From: Folioceros fuciformis
Taxonomy: Eukaryota
NCBI GenBank assembly: GCA_049999805.1
Contig: JBNGIO010006370.1
Coordinates: 249,212-313,211 of the forward strand
Length of the DNA stretch: 64,000 bases
Direction of reading: 5' to 3'
How positions within the stretch are numbered: the stretch's first letter is position 1; every line of letters begins with the position of its first letter. The notes under the pieces were generated by a model, which made no database searches, had not been told where the DNA came from, and saw nothing but the letters and a program-made list of their open reading frames with translations. Positions 39,197 through 49,121 of the stretch are shown here, one piece after another. A program made the translations under genes and the position numbers.

Positions 39197-40390
39197 CTCC
39201 ATTTGCAGGTGTCCCAGATTCAAAAAGGATGTCTCAAAGCTCACAAATATTTGTTCGCATGCGGGGTGAGGCTTGGATCAGCTTCAGCAGGGAAGGAAGC
39301 TGCGTACCCAGATTCAGGAAGGAGGGTTAGAAATGCTCTTTCTTCTGCGACTAGGATTGTTATGCCTCATGTCTTCTTGCGGTGGGAATTCAGGGGCTCC
39401 AAGCTTCTATTGTTGAGAAGGAATACAAGCATATGCAGCTTAATATTCTTCATGATTCTTCTAACCCTAGGCCCATTCGGGCATGGCTTCATTCGTGCTC
39501 AGGAAAGGGCACAAGCTTTTGGCCTAGCATCCAGGCTTTCCGAATCGCACCAACCACTTTCTCTACTGCGATGAGGTTTTGCCTTGGTTTGGTTCAACCT
39601 TTGGCCTGCTCTCTCTCCTCTTCCAACTCCAAGGCGTCTCGAGACAACTCTAGTACCCAACTTGCCCGTTATTCGGGTGGGGTCACCTGATTGCTACACA
39701 TGACGTCATGCGAGATGTCATGTTTTCATTGCCCAAGGAGGCTAGCTTTCAGCCCTTCAGGGAGTGCTTGTGTGTACACTCTACTAAATGGTGTTTCTCT
39801 TCGGGTTGATCTTTTCCTCATCCAAGGAGGTCAACAAGTTTTTATTGCTGACGTGGTCGTAATTGACCTCGCGCAGGTCATAGTTCGCGAGCATGTTATC
39901 CTCAACCCTCTAGGTTGGGCGACAGAAGTGAGTGCATCGGCCAAGGTTCATAAGTACACCCTTCTACAGGCTGGACATACCTTTATCCCCCTTGCCATTA
40001 AGACTCATAAGATCATGTGCAAGGCATATACAAGTTTTTGAAGTCTTGTGCTAAGGTAGTTCATAATAGGAAAAACGGGCTTGGTCTTCCTCGTTCATAT
40101 ATTGTAGCATTTTTTCGGCATAGGGTTTCTATTACTTTATAGTGAGTGTTGGCTAATGCCAAATATAGGATGACTACGTTGGTATGAGAGGTGGATGACT
40201 ATGTTGGTATGAGAGGCAATGTTAGCAATCCTAGTGGTAAGTAGACCCTTTCTCCTCTAGACCATGATATTTCAGGTGCTATTGGTAGTTATTAGGCTTT
40301 AGGGTTAGCCCCTAGTATTCCTATCATGGTTTATCTCCTACTCTATGGCAAGATGGATTTTTCCATCTTGTTTTTCTAAAATAAATAAAC
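39197..40390 (+). mobile_element. 5'-truncated, decayed RLE-type (CRE-like) non-LTR retrotransposon
   Basis: Remnant translation THDVMRDV...RVDLFL...IADVVV...AKVHKY...FIPLAI...FFRHRVSITL resembles the zinc-knuckle/restriction-like endonuclease C-terminus. A-rich 3' end. Flanked by near-identical ttttca(a)tcattaacttt at 39179-39196 and 40391-40407. Confidence 0.7.
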
Positions 40391-40789
40391 TTTTCATCAT
40401 TAACTTTACAAACTTTACTTTGACTACACATATAGAGTATCTTTTGTTTTCAATCTTTTAACTTTACTATCACTGAGAAATTTAGAAAGTTATAAAATAA
40501 TTTTACAGTTATATCATAATAAATATATCAAATATTAATTCATCTACACAAAATATTATAGATATCTTATATCTTTAAGGGATGAAAATATTTATTTAAT
40601 TTTAGAAAAACAAGATGGAAAACCCATTTACCCCTTAAAGACATGAGACAAATCACGAAATATACATGATCAAGACTTCGGGATAAATCACTAAACATGA
40701 CCAAGACTATGGGGGCTAGACCCCTAAAGCCGCAAAACCTAATAACTACCAATAATACCTAAGGTATCATAGTCCAAAAAGGCCGAAGG

Positions 40790-41700
40790 GTCTACCTACC
40801 ACTAAAGTGGATGATGCCAGAGTGGATGATGCTAGCTCTATTGCTATTGTCGTCGTCCTATATATGGTATTAGCCTATGTCTATGGTAATGCTTTGCTGA
40901 AATCTTTGGTGAAAGAATGCAACAATATACAAAAGAGGAAGATTAAGTCTATTTTTCTAATGTGAACCACTTTAGCATAAGGCTTCAAAAACTTGGAAAG
41001 TGCCTTGCAAATAGCCTAGTGGGTCTCAAAGGGCAAGTGTAATAAAGGAGTGTCTAGCTTGTAGAGGGGTGTACTTGTGAATCTTGACCGATGTGCTCCC
41101 CTAACCTACCCAACCTAAAGAGTTGAGGACAACAAGTTCATAGACCGAGACTCGTGTGGCATTTATTACGACCACATCAGAGACAAAAACCTATTGTTCT
41201 CCCCTGATGAAAAAAAGGCTAGTATGAAGAGAAACGCCCTTAAGTAGACTATATGGACACTCTCTAAAGGGCAAAAAACCAACTTCCTTGACCAAAGAAA
41301 ACATAACATTACACAAAATGTTGTGTGTAGCAATACATTGACCCCTAATTAGACAACATACAAAAATGTGTACCAAAGCTGTCTAGTGGCACCCCAGTAG
41401 CACAAGGAGATAGAACAAGACAAAGGTTGGACCAACCCTCGGTAGAATCTCATTGTAGTAGAGAATGTGCCGGTGCAAATCAAAAAGCTTGAATGTTGGG
41501 TAAAACCAAGAGGCAAGAACTTGTGCTCTTTCCTAAGCATGAATGAAGCTGTGCCCAAAGGGACCGATGGATAGAAGAATCATGAAGAAGATTGAGTTGC
41601 ACTTGCTTGTATTCCTTCTCGAGAAAAGAAGCTTGGAACCCTTAAATCCCCACCACAAGAAAAGATGAAAATTGAGACATATCAATCTTAGCCGTAGAAG
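40790..41700 (-). mobile_element. Second decayed copy of the same non-LTR family, inverted
   Basis: The reverse complement of 41520-41655 aligns with 39381-39515. ORF remnants include IATHNILCNVMFSLVKEVGFLPFRECPYSLLKGVSL. Confidence 0.7.
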
Positions 41701-42556
41701 AACATATCAACCGTAGCTGTAGAAGAAAGAGAGTCTCTAAGAGTCCCTTATAGACCCTAGGGACACCTACAAAGGGGAGGCACCTAGATGAAAAGTTATA
41801 TAGATTATTAACTGAATAGATAAAGAGTTAACAAACTTTACAAAAACAATGGCTCTCTTATGTAGAAGTTTGTGATATAGTGCTTCACTAAATCAAAACA
41901 ACCATTTCTTTCCAAAGCAAGCTCATTGGAGAGCTAAAGAAGAGCTGGAGTTGATATATATGAATGTATATATGAATGTGGTGTTGTAGCAAGCTCATTA
42001 ATGCCAAGCATGATTGCGTACTGTTGCTTCGATGCATGTAAATAATATTTAGTTAATAATTAAGTTATGCTAATAAAATGATATTAGCTGTAATTAATAA
42101 CTATTAAGTGAAGATAGTTAAAAAATGTAATATAATATAAGTTAACTAGATAGATACATAATTTGATGCGTGGATGTGGCAGCAGGTCTCAAGTAGCAGG
42201 CATAAAAGCCTAGCTCAACGGTGTTCGCTGTAGTTGTAAGCTTGTATTCTCTTACTTTCCGAGAATAGGCTTTCTCTTGAGGGAACATTCTCTTGTTGGA
42301 AATCCAATTGAGGTGTTCGTATGTGCAGTGTGCAAGATCATGCAATACAATCAAGGATTTAAGAAGCCAAGTTACAGCTTTGAGAAGTGTGAATGTAGGT
42401 GGGGGAGATTTTGTGGTGTTTAAAGGAAGCAAATGCTTCACTCTTGTAGAGTTGCAGCACCATCATGTAGTGTTTAATGTGTGTGTAATGTGGCTTGGTG
42501 TGAGTATTGTTAACTAATGAAACAGGCATGAATGCGATGTTTAACGGCACATCACG

Positions 42557-42825
42557 ACATTAAAGAGCTAAAGAAGAGCTAAAGTCGATACACATTAAAG
42601 AGCTAAAGTTGATACACATTAAAGGTCTAGAAGAGAGCTAAAATCAATACACATTGAAGAGCTACAGAAGAGCTGAAGTCGATACACATTAAAGAGCTAC
42701 AAAAGAGCTAAAGTCGATACACATTAAGAGCTACATAAGAGCTAAAGTCGATACACATTAAAGAGCTAAAGAAGAGCTAAAGTTGATACACATTAAAGAA
42801 CTAAAGAAGAGCTAAAGTCGATACA
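42557..42825. repeat. Minisatellite, about 8 copies of a 35-bp unit
   Basis: Unit acattaaagagctaaagaagagctaaagtcgatac, head-to-tail with no spacers; one copy is shortened. Confidence 0.92.
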
Positions 42826-42893
42826 AAAAGAGGGCAAACTATCCAAAATGGTGATTGGGCACTGAAAAGAGTACCCCGAAGCCATTGACCATG

Positions 42894-43328
42894 CTAATAA
42901 CCCCTTTGATAATGTTTTTGGCCATTTGTTTGTGTTGCTCTTTTTTTAGGGCGGCTATCAGGAGGTGGGTTTTGCATTATAGGATCTAGTACCTTAGCGT
43001 CGCATATAACAAGTTTCACAGATCCATCCACCTGCACATCCCTCTTGCCTTCTGTGTGAAGCACCACTTGCTTTAAAACGAAGCACCACAAGCTTTCACA
43101 ATATCGGTAGCTATCTACGTGACCTTTCAAAGTCATCTTGGAATGAACTATGTTCTTTAGGGCCTCCATTAGAGACTTGTTAAATTGCATCAAAACCTTG
43201 ACAGCAAGAATAGGTGGGATGGAGCCTTTCTCCACATGCGCACTTAGTGATTCAATCAGGCATTTTCCAATTGTGCTACCCCCATAGATCTCCAAGGGTT
43301 CTAGAACATCACTCCTCATCATGTTCAT
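42894..43328 (-). CDS. Intronless, divergent transcription initiation factor IIA gamma (small subunit) paralogue
   Basis: EIYGGSTIGKCLIESL...LAVKVLMQFNKSLMEAL...LKGHVDSYRYCESLWCFVL...VKLVICDAK parallels canonical ELYRRSTIGMCL...QFDKSMTEAL...KGHLHTYRFCDNVWTFIL...VKIVACDSK. Confidence 0.85.
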   Translation of the reverse strand: MNMMRSDVLEPLEIYGGSTIGKCLIESLSAHVEKGSIPPILAVKVLMQFNKSLMEALKNIVHSKMTLKGHVDSYRYCESLWCFVLKQVVLHTEGKRDVQVDGSVKLVICDAKVLDPIMQNPPPDSRPKKRATQTNGQKHYQRGY

Positions 43329-43424
43329 CTAAAATGATCGAAAATTAGTTAGGTATCTCATACATCTATAGGCTTTAGGCGTCAAAAGTTTCTTGGAAAT
43401 CTTGTTGAACTCCGAGAAAAGATC

Positions 43425-43450
43425 TGGTTGCTTATGATCATAAGCAACCA
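43425..43450. repeat. Perfect 26-bp palindrome
   Basis: tggttgcttatgatcataagcaacca equals its own reverse complement. Confidence 0.95.
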
Positions 43451-43523
43451 ATTGGGTTTAGGCACCTAAGTACCAGGCTACCAGCCCCAGGTATTGGCAG
43501 CTGAAGCCAGTTGGAAGGGATCT

Positions 43524-46500
43524 ATGGATAGTTCTAGCCTTATGTGCACACTACGGGGCGGGTCGTCGTGGTTCTCGGCCCGGAGGCCCCTCTGGGAGAT
43601 AGCCGGTCATGGCTGCGCCAGTCTCACCCGCCTGCACGACCGAGCGGTAACACATTCCCAGTTCTTGCCCCAACTCCTGGCGCAGCACCTCCGTTACCAC
43701 GGTCCTCTGCGCTTGCCTTCGTCGCGCGGCACAATGTCGGGGCGCACGGTGCAGGACATGCTGATGCAGGCCGCACGGGCGCAGGCCAGAGCAGGCCGCC
43801 CTCCGGTCTCGCACAACAAGGGCCAAGACAAGGAAAAGGACAAGGACAAGGAGGCGGAAGAAAGCAAGCAGGTGGGGGACAATCAGCAATCCACGGCTGA
43901 CGCCGCTGCGGAGGAGCTGCTGAAGAAGCACCACAACTTCGATCCCGCCGCAGCGGTTTTCTGGAAGCAGGGGGATCGAGTGCCGTTTCTCTTCCTTGCC
44001 AAGGCGTTCGAATGTACGTTGCTGGCCCCAGGACCGGATTTTGAACAATTTGTTTGCTGGCCGACATGTTTGTGACTGGTGTGTTGCGTGGCAGTGATCG
44101 CCAATGAGTCGGGTAGGCTGGCGATGACGGACATCTTGAGCAATGTCTTTCGCACGGTCATTGCCTGTCAGCCGAGCGATCTGTTGGCGGTGGTTTATCT
44201 CGCGGCGAATAGAATTGCGCCTGCGCACGAGGGCTTAGAGCTCGGGATAGGGGATGCTGCCATCATCAAATGTTTGGCGGAGACGTTCGGGAAGAAGGAT
44301 GAGCATATCAAGTCGCAGCTGAAGGTGGAGGCGACGTCCTCTTTGCTGTCTGAAGAACTGCGGTGAAGTGGAAGTCGTATTCATGACTTAATTTTGGATA
44401 TTCGCAGGGCCTCGGAGATCTTGGTCTCGTGGCAAAAGCCAACCGGTCCATGCAGCGCTTGATGTCCAGGCCTGCTCCTCTGACCTGTGTGAAGGTTTTG
44501 GAGGTATTCCGGGTCATTGCCAAGGCAAGCCGCTGACACTGCACCATGAACTCAGGTCCTTCAAGCCCTTCATGCAAGCTTTGAGTTATTTGGAACCATC
44601 TCAGAACATTTGTGTCCGAGCTGTGAAGTTTCGTATTCCCACTTGCAGTTCTGAAATGTCTTCAGGAAAGTGGGAAAGATAGCCAGGATAAGAAGCGAGC
44701 TAAAATCAAATCTCTTATTGTGGCAGCCACTGACTGCGAACCTCAGTATGTGATCCGCCTACTTCAGGTTGGTGTTCCGTTCCCACGAGCCTTTGCTAGG
44801 TTCTGTTAGGTACTTCAAGTCTAGTGAGCATATTCCTTAAGAACAGCCTAGTGTCGTGGTTGCGACTCCAGGGAAAGACAAGAATCGGGTTGGCAGAGAA
44901 GACGGTGTTAGCTGCGTTGGCTCAATCGGCTGTCCTGTCGGAGCAGCCTCGAGTTCCGACTGCACAATTACCCAGCCGGATCGAGGAGGTTAGTTTCCCT
45001 GATCCGTAGCTCATCAAACAGTTTCGCCTGCTTGACCAGTGCGTTAAACCCTGCTATGGAGTAACTGCTCAAATTATCTTCAGAGTCCCCTAATTTTTTT
45101 TCAGTTTCTGTGCTACTCCAGACTTTAAATATTTCCTTTGTGTTGTCTGCAGGCGCTTCAAATAATGAAGCGAACCTACTCTGTCCTGCCGATATACGAC
45201 AAGATTGTTCCTGCCCTTTTGAAGGATGGAATCCGAAAGCTACCTGATGTCTGCAGATTCACTCTGGGAGTACCGATCGGGCCAATGCTGGCCAAACCTA
45301 CGAAGGGTGTGTCTGAAATATTGGATAAATTTCAGGGAACCTTGTTCACTTGCGAGTACAAGTACGATGGAGAACGGGCACAGGTATTTGTTGCCACATG
45401 CATGTGACTCAAGCGCCAAGAGGAACTAAAGTGCAAAGCCTACTTCAGCAGATGGCATATGGACCAAAGTTCCTCTTACTCCTGGAGCTAACCCCTTTGT
45501 ATTGTTGCATGATCTGCAGATCCACTACCTAGAAGACGGTTCAGTGGAAATATACAGCAGAAATGCAGAACGAAACACTGGGAAGTTTCCTGATATAGTG
45601 GCGTCTGTAAACAGGTGCTTAAATTTGCTGCCTTGTCCCTTCCCCGGTCACCACGCTTCTCTGGCCATGTGTTGCTATCAATTCATCCTGTATTGCTCGT
45701 TACAGCTTCAAGAAACCTGAGGTGACATCCTTTGTGCTGGACTGTGAAGTAGTGGCATATGATCGAGATAACAACAAGATTCTACCATTCCAGGTTTTGC
45801 CATGTGAACATTTGGCCTGACTCAGCTATATTTTTTGCTACTCGTGTGATCAGAAACTTACCTCCGCTTTTATTGAACGCAGGTTAGCATGTTCGTAGTC
45901 GACACCTCGTGGCGTTGCATGTGAAGCCCTTGGTCCAAGGTTTGGATGTAAAGCATTGGTGTCTGCTGCAGGTTCTGAGCACCAGAGCTAGAAAAGGAGT
46001 TATTGTTGAGGACATCAAAGTCCAAATATGCCTGTTTGCCTTTGACTTGTTATACCTCAATGGCAGGGAGCTCCTGCAAGAACAGCTTAGTGTCCGACGA
46101 GAGGTATTGGGCTACATTGTATAGCACTTTTTTATTTATCTTGTTAAAATGCTGTGACCTCCATCCAACCACAGATTTTTGACTTGAGTGCTGTGTAGTT
46201 ACTTTACAACTCATTTCAAGAGACACCAGGGAGATTTCAATTTGCAGTGGCAACATCTAGTAATGAGCTTGATGAAATACAACTGTTCCTTGACGATGCA
46301 GTTAATCACTGGTAAGTGTCTCAACCTGGAGTATGTGATTAAAGCTTTTTTTTGGGTCCCTTTACTCTCTCCTTATAAGAACTGTTCTGGTCCGGCATCT
46401 AGCTGTGAAGGACTGATTGTGAAGACTTTGGATAAAGATGCTACTTATGAACCATCTAAGCGCTCGCAGAAGTGGCTGAAGTTGAAGAAGGATTACATGG

Positions 46501-47681
46501 ACAGGTATGTGTGCAGGTTGCTGCCTGTTGCGTGATGCTAGTTACATGGAGACTCACCCTCCAGTGGCAACTCTTGGACTATGCTGTAGCATTGGCGATT
46601 CCCTGGATCTTGTGCCTATCGGAGCCTTCCATGGACGAGGGAAAAGAGCCGGTACGCAGTTCTTCTTCCATAATGACTTGATGGTTGGAACTTACATTCT
46701 AGCCGTTGCTTTTCTGTGACCCTTCTTATCTGCTTCATGATTGCTCTAGCTCAAGTCATCCGGTAACTGTCTTGTGGAGTCTGATGTTACGGTCTGCCTT
46801 AGGATTCTATGGAGCATTTCTGCTGGCCTGTTATTGTGAAGAGACGGAAGAGTTTCAGAGCATCTGCAAGATAGGTCAGTGGCCTCTGGAATGGTGTTTG
46901 TTCATTCGTCCAGTTACAATCACGCAACTCTGATGGCTGTTTTCTAGCATTAGATGTGCCCATTTCATGTACTCCCTTATCCACGATTTTTCTTGTTGGG
47001 CCTTAGGAACTGGCTTCAGCGAAGCTGTACTCCAAGAGCGATCTGCAAGCCTGGAAAAGCAAGTGATCCCTAAAGCAAAAGTGAGTGTAAAAGATTGAGG
47101 CATATCCATAAAGTTTAGAGTTCTGTTATTTCCTTATGTTCAAGCATTTTCTCCCCTTCTGCAGTCTTACTTTCGCTATGGGGAGACTCTGCCTGCCGAT
47201 GTTTGGTTTGAACCGTCAGAGGTGTGTAACCGATCAATCATGCATCCAGCTGCAAAAGTCTTTTCCTGAAATTATGTAGCAGCATATGTTTGTCATTGCA
47301 GGTGTGGGAAGTGAAGGCAGCAGATTTAAGTATCAGCCCAGTTCATCAAGCAGCGGCAGGCATCGTCGATCCTAATAAGGTAGTGCACCCTAAACAAGTG
47401 TGGCATGTTATGTCAAGCACTTTTGCTTCTTTCATGACTGTTGACACCCGCAGTTTTGATTTTACAGGGGATCTCGTTGCGATTTCCACGGCTGCTGCGA
47501 GTTCGTGAAGATAAAAATCCAGATCAAGCAACAACTGCTGAGCAGGTATGGAACTGTGCTTGTTTTGGTCTGTCTTGTGGTAAATCTTTTACATTTTGGA
47601 TCATCGTGTTTACAGGTGGCTGATATGTATCGAGCTCAAAAAATAAATCAAGTTGTTCCTCAAAATGAGGACGATGACTGA
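43524..47681 (+). CDS. LIG1: DNA ligase 1, multi-exon
   Basis: [44 protein letters not shown] (adenylation Lys), [56 protein letters not shown]. In-frame ATGs at 43524, 43542 and 43734. Confidence 0.97.
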
Positions 47682-49121
47682 CAAGTTGCAACATTCAGGA
47701 ACTCCGCCGCCGTATGGCTGGAAGGTATGCTGCTGCGGCTCCAGTGTGTGTGTGGTTGTTTTACAACGGTGTATCTCACATCTCTAAGGCCTTATGATGT
47801 GTCCAGATGGGACGTTGGGTGCGTGAACAGCAAGCTGCTCATCTGTCTCTGCGGGCTACTCGTAAAGAGATGAGCATCAGCTGTTGATCATCGCCCGTAC
47901 ATGATGTCATGACCGGGCTTGAATAATTCTGATTCAGCTCAGCATGGAAGACGGGTGTGAGACCAACAAGAACGTATTCATTTGCTAGACATGACATCAC
48001 AGCTTCATAGCTACGCAGGTGCAAGATGGGCGACGCAGTATATATCTGATAGCTTGTCGAAAAGTGTGGGTCTCGCTTGCATCTCTAAAGCATCGTGTTG
48101 CCGCGTTGTACTCTCTGAACATTTCCTAAGGCGAGGGTCGGCTACCATTGTCAGGGCTGGTTTCTGATGCGGAGGCGTCTGGCTTGTTCATGTTTTACGT
48201 CCCGCGAGCCGCAGCATTCTTTTCTCGTGAAAATCTGTGTTTCCGATGTGCTCTCGGAATGCGAGACAAAGTTGGATCGGTGTGTAGATGTTGCAAGTGT
48301 CGAATTAAAGATGACATTCCTTTTGCACTGGTTGGCATGATACACTAGACGATCCTCGTTCAGTTTCAGCAGTACGAGTAAAATCTGGAGTCACAGCGCC
48401 TATTGAACCTCATCCTGCAGCTGCTATTGTATCCTCTCCCATATTGTTACGTCGATTTCGTTGGAAATGCTCAGAATGCTGCATGAGCTGCATCAGGACG
48501 ACACCTCAGGAAACGTTAGGCGATTGGATTGCCTTGTCCGATACGACAAAAATTGCTCCTCAGGAGCAGGTGTTCTTCATGTGGCCCGTCAGTTTTGCTA
48601 TCGGACCACACTGCATCAAGGTTTCATTCGTCTATCAAGACTGAAGCTCAGGAATGCTCCATGGCAGCCAGAAGATTCCCAACAACTTTGAAAGCAAACG
48701 GATTTTCACTGAAACAATTGCAGCTGAGGGTAGGATTTGGCAGAGGCTTACCTTCTGTTTGTGGTGTACAGCTTGTGCCTTGCTTACTGAATCCATGGCT
48801 GTTGGTTGTGGTGGCTTGCAGGTGCGTTCAAGCATATGGACGTCATGTGTCAGGAATACTTGTGGGATCCTTTTCAGCAGGTGGACAAGGGCTCTAGCAA
48901 GGTACAGGGCTGCCCTAGTTTTCTGAAAGGCTTCGATTGATGTCTCTTGGCTCTATGGGTTTGATCCGTATCTGTCCAGCATGATCCCAGGTATCCAGAC
49001 TTCAAGCACGAGCAGTCAAAGGAGGGGCTGCAAGCAACGCTAGATGCAATGACGCAGCCAAGTGGATGTGAATATAGTTCGTCACAGGGTTACCGGAGGT
49101 TAGTATGCATGTTAGTGGTCA

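Noticed and set aside
42557-42825. CRISPR-like array of 35-bp repeats
   Set aside because: Units are head-to-tail with no unique spacers, there are no cas genes, and the context is eukaryotic.
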